Source: Candidatus Micrarchaeota archaeon (lineage in GTDB: Archaea > Micrarchaeota > Micrarchaeia > Anstonellales > Bilamarchaeaceae). From it: a stretch of DNA of 64,000 nucleotides. Where the stretch lies: the NCBI GenBank assembly GCA_043821365.1, contig JBDRCX010000006.1, positions 711,417 to 775,416 on the forward strand. Reading direction: 5' to 3'. Each line of letters begins with the position of its first letter. Within the stretch, counting starts at the first letter, position 1. The notes below the pieces were generated by a model. That model worked only from the letters and a program-made list of their open reading frames with translations, searched no databases and was not told where the DNA came from. Below are positions 1 through 8,768 of this stretch, piece by piece. Made by a program: the position numbers and the translations under genes.

Positions 1-1254
1 ATTGTCTAAACCACAAATCCAGCGCAATACTCTCTCTACTCCGATCCCATACCCGCTGTGTGGGACACTACCATACTTTCTAAGGTCAAAATACCAATCA
101 TAGTCCTTTGGGTCCCCGTCTTCTTTTTCTATTCTTTTCATCATGTCTTCCACATCTATGCTTCTTTGCGATCCTCCTACTATTTCACCATAGCCTTCTG
201 GTGCAAGCATGTCAAAACATAAAGCAGTTTTAGGATCGTTTTTGTCTCTTGGCTTGTAGAATGCCATGATATCAGCAGGATAGTGGGTTACTACAATTGG
301 TGTGCCAAAATGTTCCATAATCTTCTCTTCTTCTATTGTTCTAAGGTCTTCCCCCCATGGGTGTTCCATTCCTTCCTTTTCCTTGAGTATCTTCAACACA
401 TCGGTGTAGGTGATTGTTGGAAATGGTTTTGAAATTGCAGTTTTTAATTTTGCAACATCTCTTCCTAGGAATATAAGGTCTTTTTCATGTTTTTCAAGGA
501 CTTTTTCAACTAAAAATTTTATCTCATCCTTTGCAACTTGTACTACCTCGTCAAGTTCCATCCAGGGAGCTTCCATTTCTGCCATCCAGAATTCAGCCAA
601 ATGCCTTGATGTTTTACTTTTTTCTGCTCTGAATGTGGGTGCAACGTCATATATCTTACCCAAACTAAAAATTGCTGCTTCTGCATAAAGCTGCCAGCTT
701 TGTGTTAGGTACATTTTTTCATCAAAATATTGCACTTCAAAAAGAGTCATCTTTCCTTCACATGCATTCGGAGATAATATGGGCGGATCAAACAAAGTAT
801 AGCCTTTTTTCTGGAAAAATTCATGTATCGCCAGAATCATTGTGCTTCTTATCTGAAGTATTTTTGTGAGTTTTTGGCTTCTGATCCAGAGATGACGGAC
901 ATCTAGCAAAAATTCGTCTGAAAGGTCCTTTGCAATTGGGAATGGTTCTCCTCTCGTAACAGTTTCAAATTTTTTGACATCAAGTTCATATCCACCTGGA
1001 GCCCGTTCATCTTTTTTTACTATACCTGAAACAATAACTGAACTCTCAATATAGGCTTCATTCGAATCCTTCCAGGAATTTTCGTCAACCTTGTCTTTTT
1101 TGATGGTTGTTTGAAGCACACCACTAGAATCTCTTAGTACTGCAAAAACCATATTCCCAGCACTACCAATTCTATGCCTATAAATCCAACCACGAATAGT
1201 GATTTCACTACCTTCTAACTTCTCAGTAAAAACAGTATTAATATCAGTAATCAT
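1..1254 (-). CDS. asnS: Asparaginyl-tRNA synthetase (class IIb), C-terminus cut by window edge
   Basis: Manual translation from ATG (rc of 1252-1254) gives MITDINTVFTEKLEGSEITIRGWIYRHR... with an OB-fold N-terminus, the class II motif FRAEKSKTSRHLAEFWMAEME, and GGSQR / GYGIGVERV near the end. The frame is open to position 1. This ORF is not in the supplied track because it is truncated. Confidence 0.85.
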   Translation of the reverse strand, partial: MITDINTVFTEKLEGSEITIRGWIYRHRIGSAGNMVFAVLRDSSGVLQTTIKKDKVDENSWKDSNEAYIESSVIVSGIVKKDERAPGGYELDVKKFETVTRGEPFPIAKDLSDEFLLDVRHLWIRSQKLTKILQIRSTMILAIHEFFQKKGYTLFDPPILSPNACEGKMTLFEVQYFDEKMYLTQSWQLYAEAAIFSLGKIYDVAPTFRAEKSKTSRHLAEFWMAEMEAPWMELDEVVQVAKDEIKFLVEKVLEKHEKDLIFLGRDVAKLKTAISKPFPTITYTDVLKILKEKEGMEHPWGEDLRTIEEEKIMEHFGTPIVVTHYPADIMAFYKPRDKNDPKTALCFDMLAPEGYGEIVGGSQRSIDVEDMMKRIEKEDGDPKDYDWYFDLRKYGSVPHSGYGIGVERVLRWICGLDN

Positions 1255-1370
1255 GTATCGAATTAGTTTAAAAAGAAATAAAAAGAAATGTTAGTTTCAA
1301 ATAACGGCCAATACCGTAATAAATAACTATTCTCATATTTTTTCTTGTCACCATCTTTTTTGGTGATAAA

Positions 1371-1847
1371 ATGAAAAATTCATTGCTGGTTTGTTTGTTA
1401 ATGGTTTTTGCATTTATGCAAAATATAAATGCAACCGAGCCATTGAGTACATACCCTGGCGTGGTTGTAAGTTCAAATTATGGAGTAAGTAATCTATCTG
1501 TTGTCCCTTCAGTCATATCTACTTGTCCTGCAGCTCCAATGTATGAACTTATTTGTCAGGATGGGTATCATGTTGAGATACAATATGATGAAAACGGATG
1601 CGAAATCGGACAGATTTGTGTAGCAGATTCAACCTGCCCCCCGGTTCCCATGTCCCAGCTAATATGTGAAGACGGCTATCATGTTGAATTGCAGTATGAT
1701 GCAAACGGGTGTGTGATTGGTCAGGTTTGTGTAATTGATTCTACGTGTTCTTCAACTACAATGGATGATTTAGCTAAAGAAATCAATGAGAATAACAACT
1801 TAATCCGGGAACTAATAGATTTGTTAAAACAAATTTTCTCTCTCTAA
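1371..1847 (+). CDS. Secreted Cys-rich protein with two tandem ~38-aa repeats
   Basis: N-terminal signal-like segment MKNSLLVCLLMVFAFMQNINA. Internal duplication CPAAPMYELICQDGYHVEIQYDENGCEIGQICVADSTC / CPPVPMSQLICEDGYHVELQYDANGCVIGQVCVIDSTC. Confidence 0.7.
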   Translation: MKNSLLVCLLMVFAFMQNINATEPLSTYPGVVVSSNYGVSNLSVVPSVISTCPAAPMYELICQDGYHVEIQYDENGCEIGQICVADSTCPPVPMSQLICEDGYHVELQYDANGCVIGQVCVIDSTCSSTTMDDLAKEINENNNLIRELIDLLKQIFSL

Positions 1848-1885
1848 TTTTTTTTATTTTAAAAATAGAAAATAAAAAGGAGATT

Positions 1886-1908
1886 AAAAAAGGACCTTGG
1901 TCCTTTTT
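1886..1908. terminator. Bidirectional hairpin aaaaaGGACCttGGTCCttttt between convergent genes
   Basis: Perfect palindrome flanked by A5 and T5 runs. It abuts the EF-1alpha stop codon (1907-1909). A near-identical element lies at 51611-51634. Confidence 0.5.
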
Positions 1909-3181
1909 ATGCTGCTGCTTTTGGTACAACGTCCAACACAACCCCAGCTGCGACTGTTTGACCCATATCTCTAAGGGCAAATCTGCCGAGTGGTGGGAAG
2001 TCGGAGAACTTCTCAATAACCATTGGTTTTAATGGTTGGATTCTAACAACTGCAACATCTCCAGTCTTAATAAAGTCTGGTTTTGCTTGGGCTGTTTGTC
2101 CTGTTTTCGGATCTTTCTTCTCCAAAATTTCTACAACCTTACCTGCAAATTGTGCTGTGTGAATGTGGAATACTGGCGTATAACCAATTGAAATTGCAGT
2201 TGGGTGGTTCAATACAACAATCTGTGCAGTAAATGTCTCTGCAACTTTTGGTGGATTTGAAGAAGGACCAATAACATCTCCTCTTTTAATGTCCTTTTTA
2301 TCAACACCCTTGAGGTTGAAACCAACATTATCTCCTGGCATTGCCTCAGTAAGCTCCTGGTGATGCATTTCGATTTTCTTAACTTCACCTTTAGCATTTG
2401 ATGGCATAACTACGATGCTGTCTCCTGGTTTCATCTTTCCAGTTTCAACTCTTCCTACTGGAACAGTACCGTGGCCAGTGATTGTAAAGACATCTTGAAT
2501 TGGAAGTCTCAATGGTTTGTCAACTGGTTTTGGAGGTATTTTGAATGTGTCTATAATCTCCAATAAAGTTGGACCGGTATACCATGGCATGTTTGCTGAT
2601 TTCTTTGTTAAGTTGTCACCAGCATATCCAGAACATGGAACAAACTTTACTTCTTCTAACTTGTATCCAATTCCTTTGAGTAGTTTTTCAACTTCTGCTT
2701 TTATCTTGTCGTATTCTTCTTGTTTGTAACCAACTGCATCCATCTTGTTCATGTTGACTGCAAATTGATTAATACCAAGAACTTTTGCAAGAAATGCGTG
2801 TTCTTTTGTCTGTGGTTGAACACCGTCCTTAACAGAAACTTGAAGTACTGCAGCATCTGCTTGGCTTGCACCTGTAATCATGTTTTTAACAAAATCACGG
2901 TGGCCAGGAGCATCGATAATTGTACAATAGTACTTTGGTGTTTCGAATTCCCTGTGAGAGATATCGATAGTAACTCCTCTTTCTCTTTCTTCTTTCAAAG
3001 CATCCATAACGAATGCAAATTCGAATGTTGCTTTACCAACCTTGGAAGCTTCCTCCTTGAGCCTGTTGAGCACCTGTTCTGAGATTGCTCCAGTTTCGTA
3101 GAGAATTCTACCAACTGATGTTGACTTACCTGAGTCAACGTGTCCTATAAACACTAAATTTAGGTGTTCTTTCTTTGCCAT
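1907..3181 (-). CDS. tuf: Translation elongation factor EF-1 alpha
   Basis: [21 protein letters not shown] (G1), DAPGHRDF (G3), NKMD (G4). The ORF track extends to 3223, but the ATG at 3181 has a GGAG motif 8 nt upstream and gives the canonical N-terminus. Confidence 0.95.
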   Translation of the reverse strand: MAKKEHLNLVFIGHVDSGKSTSVGRILYETGAISEQVLNRLKEEASKVGKATFEFAFVMDALKEERERGVTIDISHREFETPKYYCTIIDAPGHRDFVKNMITGASQADAAVLQVSVKDGVQPQTKEHAFLAKVLGINQFAVNMNKMDAVGYKQEEYDKIKAEVEKLLKGIGYKLEEVKFVPCSGYAGDNLTKKSANMPWYTGPTLLEIIDTFKIPPKPVDKPLRLPIQDVFTITGHGTVPVGRVETGKMKPGDSIVVMPSNAKGEVKKIEMHHQELTEAMPGDNVGFNLKGVDKKDIKRGDVIGPSSNPPKVAETFTAQIVVLNHPTAISIGYTPVFHIHTAQFAGKVVEILEKKDPKTGQTAQAKPDFIKTGDVAVVRIQPLKPMVIEKFSDFPPLGRFALRDMGQTVAAGVVLDVVPKAAA

Positions 3182-3300
3182 AAATTCATCTCCTTTTATT
3201 TTTTTTCTTTTAATAATAGCCAACCTTTAATAGAAAAAGGTAAACGTGAATTTATTCCAAGATGTTTTTAAAGCTAACTATTATTCCCCTGTCGTTTTTT

Positions 3301-3783
3301 TTACACTTTTGCCAATATTACGGTGTAATTTTGTCCATAATGTTTAGCACAAGAAGGACACATCGTATAGAAAAAGTACATTTTACTCATCTTCTTTTTC
3401 TTTGATTTTGTGTATTCTTCCATTTCGCTTACCCACCTACCCATATTTTGATAGGACCCCTCAAAGACTTTAGTTAGAAATGTACCTGAGATTTTCTCCA
3501 TCTTGGCTCCAGGTATCTCTTTATTCACTGCAATGTAAATATCAGAACCAAATAATGAATTTTCATCTGAAAGCATAAGTTGTTCTCCAAGTGCATCAGC
3601 TGATTTTATTTTTTCTATATTTTTTACAATAACCTGACCAAAATTCAAAGGTATGTGGAAAAAACTCATCACATGGTCTTTAATAAATAATTTGTTCTTC
3701 CACTTAATTTCCTTTTCATTCCATGGTGTTGAGTTAAATCTGTTACAACAACCAGTTTCAGATTCTTCATATAATTTGTCCAT
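3301..3783 (-). CDS. Conserved hypothetical protein with N-terminal CC and C-terminal CPSC motifs
   Basis: 160-aa ORF: GCCNRFNSTPW ... FFHIPLNFG ... YTMCPSCAKHYGQNY. A TATA-like tttataaaaa lies about 25 nt upstream on the minus strand, suggesting a leaderless transcript. No function recognised. Confidence 0.6.
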   Translation of the reverse strand: MDKLYEESETGCCNRFNSTPWNEKEIKWKNKLFIKDHVMSFFHIPLNFGQVIVKNIEKIKSADALGEQLMLSDENSLFGSDIYIAVNKEIPGAKMEKISGTFLTKVFEGSYQNMGRWVSEMEEYTKSKKKKMSKMYFFYTMCPSCAKHYGQNYTVILAKV

Positions 3784-4092
3784 ACTTATCCCATCTAAAC
3801 TATTCGTTATATGGTTTTTTATAAATTAGTTTTCTTAACGATTAGAATTTCTAAAAAGAAGGGAGATGGTACACCAATAGGCTCCATCCCGCCTCCCACT
3901 CTTAATCTCCATTGTGGAGGAAAAGACTTTGTACTAAAAAAATTTATATAGCTGAATCTTTGTCTCTAAAAGTCAACATCACAAAATTTCTCTTTTTCCA
4001 ATCAAAACAAAAAGAACTTCTATACCCAGAGCTCTCCCTTTCGAGTGTACAAATAAAATTTCGTTTTTAAATCTTGTCATCGTGATACACAT

Positions 4093-5364
4093 ATGGTCAA
4101 GAATAAATCCTACCGTTTCAAGAAAAAAGATGATTCACTTCTTCCTTTGGCAGTTTCAAATCCAAAAAAAAATCCATACAGATTCAGAAAAAAAGATGAA
4201 AGCACTACAGTAGTAATTGCAGTGAGTTTATTGTTGATCCTAGTAATACTTTTTGGTGGTGCACTTCTATTTGTATTAAGTCAGAAAAGTGACCAACCAG
4301 TAATCATCCCATCTAATAATTCAACTTCTAATCTCACGAATACAACTAACACAACAATTGAATGTGGTGATGATTGCATTTACTTGAATGCAATTAATGG
4401 CAACAATTACTCAGCATGTCTACCTATAATGAATTCAACTATTACACAAATGTGTTTTGAATATTTTTCCAACGAATCACTTGATGCATGTAAACTTGTT
4501 ACTGATATGGAAAAGAAAAAAGTTTGTGTTACTAAGTTTGCTATGGAAGACGATAATGCATTGCTATGTGATCTCCTCTTAAGTGAAGGATATTTGGAAT
4601 GTAAAGTACAAGTAGATCCATGTTATGCAGAGTTAGACCAAAATCTTTGTCATGCAGTAAATGAAAACGATCCTTCAAAATGTAAGTCAAATGATGAATG
4701 TTTATTGAATTATAGTGTTACTAACTCAGATGTTGATGGATGCGAACTTATTTCAGACGAAGTTATATCACTTGCATGTCTTTCAACAACTTCTGATGAG
4801 GATTATTGCAAAACTCTAACAGAAGGTCCAAAAACAGAATACTGTTATCAGCTTTACAGTGTTTTTGAAGATGATTATTCTTATTGTAGTAAAATAACAA
4901 ATCTTGAAGGTCCATACGCTCTAGATTGTTATTCTAATTATGCAATTAGTGAGGAAGATCATATAATTTGTAATGTATTGACTTTAGATCAAAGGTGGAA
5001 ATGCTATACAAACTATTCACTTGCAACTGGTGATCTTGATGGTTGCGAGGATATTCATCTGCTTGCTGATACCAATCGTTTCAATTGTGTTTTTACATAT
5101 GCAAATAAGTATGGTAATCCATCTGCTTGTAATATTCTTGAAGATACAAGTTCCAAATCAGTTTGTTACCAAGGTCCAATAATTTATTCCCCACAGAATC
5201 TTGATTGGCAATACTGTGAAGATGTTTCAAACTCAGACTGGTCTAATAAATGTTTCAATGAGGCTGCAAAATTAAACCAAGATATCTCTATTTGCAATTA
5301 TATAGCTGTGGATTATGCAAAAGAAGCATGTAAAATAGCCTATGAAGTAAATAAAACAAAATAA
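4093..5364 (+). CDS. Membrane-anchored extracellular protein with ~12 tandem two-cysteine repeats
   Basis: Duplicated basic N-terminus (YRFKKKDDS / YRFRKKDES), one TM helix (VVIAVSLLLILVILFGGALLFVL), and an N-x-S/T-rich linker. This is followed by repeated ~25-aa units of the form D-x(1-3)-C-x(9-14)-C. Confidence 0.7.
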   Translation: MVKNKSYRFKKKDDSLLPLAVSNPKKNPYRFRKKDESTTVVIAVSLLLILVILFGGALLFVLSQKSDQPVIIPSNNSTSNLTNTTNTTIECGDDCIYLNAINGNNYSACLPIMNSTITQMCFEYFSNESLDACKLVTDMEKKKVCVTKFAMEDDNALLCDLLLSEGYLECKVQVDPCYAELDQNLCHAVNENDPSKCKSNDECLLNYSVTNSDVDGCELISDEVISLACLSTTSDEDYCKTLTEGPKTEYCYQLYSVFEDDYSYCSKITNLEGPYALDCYSNYAISEEDHIICNVLTLDQRWKCYTNYSLATGDLDGCEDIHLLADTNRFNCVFTYANKYGNPSACNILEDTSSKSVCYQGPIIYSPQNLDWQYCEDVSNSDWSNKCFNEAAKLNQDISICNYIAVDYAKEACKIAYEVNKTK

Positions 5365-5369
5365 AAAAA

Positions 5370-6017
5370 TTATTCTTTTGGTTGCTCTTCTTTAGGATCT
5401 TCTTCTACTGATATTTGTTCAAAGTAGTTTAGATCATAAGTGAATTCTTCGTATGATTTTATCTTACCCTGAGCCATCATCAATTCTCTTGAGAGAATGT
5501 AGAATATAAGTGCAAGAGATCGTTTTCCTTTGTTGTTTATTGGGATTATATGATCAATGAATTTTGTTTCATTATCAGTATCACACAATGCAATAACAGG
5601 AACACCATTTTTTGCACTTTCTATTAATGCCTCATGTTCACCTTTTGGATCACATACCATCACAATTTTTGGTTCCATGAATTTTTCTACATTCATGTTT
5701 GTCATTGTTCCAGGTACAAATCGTCCTTTGACTAGGTTGACTCCAGTGAGTTCAGCAAATTTACTTGCAGGGTTGCTAGAATAGACACGGGAAGCAACTA
5801 TGCACACTTCTTCTGGTTTGTATCTTGCTAATATTTTTGCTGCACTTACCAGTCTTTCTGCACTTTTTCTCAAATCAAGTATGTAGAGGCCATCGTCTCT
5901 TCTTTTGAAGATATAGTCTCTCATATCACTTGTTCTTATCTTGGTGCCAATGTGTACACCGGCTTCAAGAAAGATTTCCTGTTTTACAGGCATTCCAGTT
6001 TTATCTGTTGTTGTCAT
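5370..6017 (-). CDS. rps2: Ribosomal protein uS2
   Basis: LEAGVHIGTKIRT, YIFKRRDDGLYILDL, and VCDPKGEH...ALCDTD are typical of archaeal S2. Confidence 0.95.
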   Translation of the reverse strand: MTTTDKTGMPVKQEIFLEAGVHIGTKIRTSDMRDYIFKRRDDGLYILDLRKSAERLVSAAKILARYKPEEVCIVASRVYSSNPASKFAELTGVNLVKGRFVPGTMTNMNVEKFMEPKIVMVCDPKGEHEALIESAKNGVPVIALCDTDNETKFIDHIIPINNKGKRSLALIFYILSRELMMAQGKIKSYEEFTYDLNYFEQISVEEDPKEEQPKE

Positions 6018-6034
6018 ATTTTCATCCTCCTGTT

Positions 6035-6165
6035 GTCCTTTTTAGAAAAAGGACCAAAAATCTGGTTTTGTTAAGTTTTCCTCTTCGAGGAAAAATGATT
6101 TAACTAAAATCCATCGGATTTTTCATCAACCAGTTTTTTATGTCACTTTTTTCCAAAAAAGTGAC
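6035..6165. repeat. Cluster of four palindromic hairpins between the tRNA-Pro-like gene and rps2
   Basis: The hairpins are gtcctttttagaaaaaggac (6035-6054), ttttcctcttcgaggaaaa (~6076-6095), aaaatccatcggatttt (~6108-6124) and gtcacttttttccaaaaaagtgac (6142-6165). Confidence 0.6.
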
Positions 6166-6420
6166 TGGGGCCGCTGAGATATGCTCCTCCCAACCGCAGG
6201 AATTTGTAGTTGAGAAGTTTGAATTTCTTGCGCTTTTTGGTAAAAAGCGCCCAAAAACTTAACTTGCTAATTTTTGCTCGCAAAGCTCGCAAAAATAGTG
6301 TTGCCACCAAAAACCCGATAGGGTTTTTCAACAAAGAATTTTGGAGCGCCTTTTTTCAAAAGGCGCACTCAGATAACAAGCACCCCAAGCTTGCAGGATA
6401 CCAGGTTACCTCACGGCCCC
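6166..6420 (-). tRNA. tRNA-Pro(GGG)-like gene with a ~182-nt insertion in the T-loop; possibly a pseudogene
   Basis: Minus-strand read:
- Acceptor, D-arm and anticodon arm: GGGGCCG TG AGGT AACCTGGTA TCCT G CAAGC TTGGGGT GCTTG TTAT CTGAG.
- Then a ~182-nt hairpin-rich insert.
- Then CTCAG CGGCCCC A.
The acceptor, D-arm, anticodon arm and T-stem all pair. The residual T-loop would be TGCATAT, which lacks the universal U55 and A58. Confidence 0.5.
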
Positions 6421-6604
6421 AAAGAGGGGACGGTTTTGAACTTAAAGTTCAAATCAACTGCCCCTAAACTTCTAGACATTTGGTGTGGAAGGTTTTAATA
6501 TCTATTTTAAACTCGAATGCCAATCTATTTAAATGTTAAAATGTATATTTTATTCTAAGAAATTTGTTTTAAACACAAGTTTCTAACCCACATATGGGGG
6601 TATT

Positions 6605-7117
6605 TTGTTATCATTTAACAAAAATGGTGATATATTGAAAAATAAGATAGATACTTTGGATCTTTTAATACTCAGGGAGTTAAGAGCTAATTGTAAACGA
6701 CCAGTAAGGGAGTTAGCATTAAAACTTAGGATGCATCCAAACACACTTCTACAAAGAATTAAACGACTAGAGAAATCCAAAGTAATACGTAAATATCATG
6801 CTGATATTGATTTCAAATCATTAGGATATGATATGCATTCAGTGGTTATGATAAAAATAAGAAAAAGCGGGCTAGAAGACGCAAAACTTCTCCAAGAAGT
6901 TTCTGATTTACCTGAGGTTCAATCTTTATACGCAGTTACTGGCGGTGCGGATTGCATTGCCATAATTAAAGCAAAAAACAGAGATGATCTTGTACGTATT
7001 TTGAGAATTATACAAACACAACCTTCCGTATTAAGAACAACAAGTTACTTGGTTCTAATTACTTATAAAGAATCTGCAAGTTTCAATCCACTTACTTCTT
7101 TATCTGGAAGGAGTTAA
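6605..7117 (+). CDS. Lrp/AsnC family transcriptional regulator (paralog 1)
   Basis: HTH segment VRELALKLRMHPNTLLQRIKRLEKSKVIRKY followed by a RAM-like C-terminal domain. TTG start with GGGGGT 5 nt upstream. Confidence 0.85.
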   Translation: MLSFNKNGDILKNKIDTLDLLILRELRANCKRPVRELALKLRMHPNTLLQRIKRLEKSKVIRKYHADIDFKSLGYDMHSVVMIKIRKSGLEDAKLLQEVSDLPEVQSLYAVTGGADCIAIIKAKNRDDLVRILRIIQTQPSVLRTTSYLVLITYKESASFNPLTSLSGRS

Positions 7118-8649
7118 TTCTTTTTTCTGAAACCATACAGGTAGTAAGCATTTCCGTATGATGGAATTATACCTTGTCTCAAAGCACCTTCAAATATTAA
7201 GTTTGCTTGGTGTTGTTCTATTAAAGTATTTCTAAGGTCTCTTTTTGCTATTGGATTGGTGCTAGTTGATGGGGGTGCCCATTCATCTACAAATACTATT
7301 GCTCCCCCTGGTTTTAGTGATTCTATTGCATTTCGTACAAATGTTTCTCTTTCAGCTGGTTCCATATTATGCAGTACGCATGCAACTATCACAGTATCAT
7401 ATTTATTAGCCGGGTCAATCTGTATCCCGTCTGTTCTAGTATCAAAAATTTCCCCACCATTAATTTTTCTTACTGATTTCCATACTGCTGCTTCTCCATT
7501 TATTGGAGTGTAGCAGTCTACGAACACTTCATCAACCATCTTATATGTTGCAAGTATCTTTTCCAAGGCAAGTCTTCTTGCTATCTGGACTCTGGCTAAT
7601 CTTACTGGTGCTCTTGCAGCTTCAGTTTCAGTTGATGGTAGTTCCATTTGTCTTTGTTTAAGTTTGGCTGGGTCTTTTTCATATACCATCAAACTCATTG
7701 AGTGGTAAGCGTCAATTCTTAATTTGAATTCAGCCACAAATCTTGCTCCAGTGACATTCGACATTATCCTATCTCTTAAATCTGATTTGCTTTCAACTGG
7801 TCTGAAATTTTCATCAAACTGAACCTCTATTGCAGGATCAAGAGCATTTTGACCTCGTTTTCTCGAAAGTTTTGCTGGCCATTCATCTATTAATACAAAA
7901 TAACCATGTTCTTCTAATTTTTTGAAAATCTCTTGTATAACCCTTGTCTTAATTCGCCTATGATCACTTGGTGGATCTCCATACTCATTTTCACGAAGCA
8001 GCATAACTGGGTCTGCTATTAAATGTAATGTTTGTGATAAAATTGCCATGTGTATTTGCGCATCTAATCGCAGTTCTCTAAAATCTTGTTGAGTGTACTC
8101 AACATCAATACCAAGTTCAGCAAGCTTTCTTTTTGCTTCTGCTTGCATTCCTGTTGAAATATCATTTGCAATGATTCTTAGACGTGCTATAGCTTCTGGA
8201 TCAACTTCCCCCAATCCAGTTACTATACTCTCTATAACTGTTCCAGTACCACAACTCATTTCTAGTGTTCTACCAGTAAATATATTTGTTTTACTAGTAT
8301 CCATTCTTGATGCATGAACTGCAACTAATAGTTTGAGCAGACGTCTTATTGCTTCATCATGCTCTTTCATGTGGCCATCATAATTTTTTCCAGCCCACTC
8401 ATCGAACAAATCTGCCATACTTGTTTTTGAATAACTTCTTGCAACTTGTGCCATCCCGCTTTCAGCAACTAACTTGTCTATTGTTCTTCTTCTATCTTCA
8501 TGAAGTGCTCTAAGTTGTCCATCTAGTTCAGGGTTTGCTCCTCTCTTGTGCATAGGTGGGTCTACGTGTGCTGCGCGTAATGTACCGACACGGTGGCGTT
8601 TTGTCATTCCAACATCACGTCCACCCTTTGAAAGGTCTTGTATAGCCAT
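7114..8649 (-). CDS. Two-domain class I SAM-dependent methyltransferase (paralog of 12655-13635 plus a second MTase domain)
   Basis: Domain 1: FDEWAGKNYDGHM ... LEMSCGTGT ... SQTLHLIADP ... VLIDEW. Domain 2: DTVIVACVLHNM ... LKPGGAIVFVDEW. The ORF track starts at a TTG at 8682. The ATG at 8649 has GAGGGA upstream, but the start remains uncertain. Confidence 0.75.
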   Translation of the reverse strand: MAIQDLSKGGRDVGMTKRHRVGTLRAAHVDPPMHKRGANPELDGQLRALHEDRRRTIDKLVAESGMAQVARSYSKTSMADLFDEWAGKNYDGHMKEHDEAIRRLLKLLVAVHASRMDTSKTNIFTGRTLEMSCGTGTVIESIVTGLGEVDPEAIARLRIIANDISTGMQAEAKRKLAELGIDVEYTQQDFRELRLDAQIHMAILSQTLHLIADPVMLLRENEYGDPPSDHRRIKTRVIQEIFKKLEEHGYFVLIDEWPAKLSRKRGQNALDPAIEVQFDENFRPVESKSDLRDRIMSNVTGARFVAEFKLRIDAYHSMSLMVYEKDPAKLKQRQMELPSTETEAARAPVRLARVQIARRLALEKILATYKMVDEVFVDCYTPINGEAAVWKSVRKINGGEIFDTRTDGIQIDPANKYDTVIVACVLHNMEPAERETFVRNAIESLKPGGAIVFVDEWAPPSTSTNPIAKRDLRNTLIEQHQANLIFEGALRQGIIPSYGNAYYLYGFRKKN

Positions 8650-8768
8650 TTGTATTCCCTCAATTCGACCATCCCACCTCAACTTAATTAACAGTCTTTA
8701 CCCTAATCTATTATGCAAAGCAAATATTTAAAAGGTATTGTTTTAGTTTATGGCAATTAACGTAAGTT

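Noticed and set aside
2209-3082. ORFs 2209-2397 (-), 2517-2729 (+) and 2720-3082 (+) inside tuf
   Set aside because: They are alternative-frame or antisense ORFs within a highly conserved EF-1alpha gene.
3835-3945. Two stem-loops (GGGAGATGG...CCATCCC and CCTCCCAC...GTGGAGG) in the 3784-4092 intergenic region as a small ncRNA
   Set aside because: There is no dedicated promoter, because the nearby TATA fits the leaderless minus-strand gene at 3783. There are no C/D or H/ACA boxes or tRNA-like features, so the evidence is too weak for a feature call.
6143-6467. ORFs 6143-6334 (-) and 6210-6467 (+)
   Set aside because: They lie within the tRNA-Pro-like gene and its hairpin-repeat insert. Their translations are low-complexity and they lack SD motifs.
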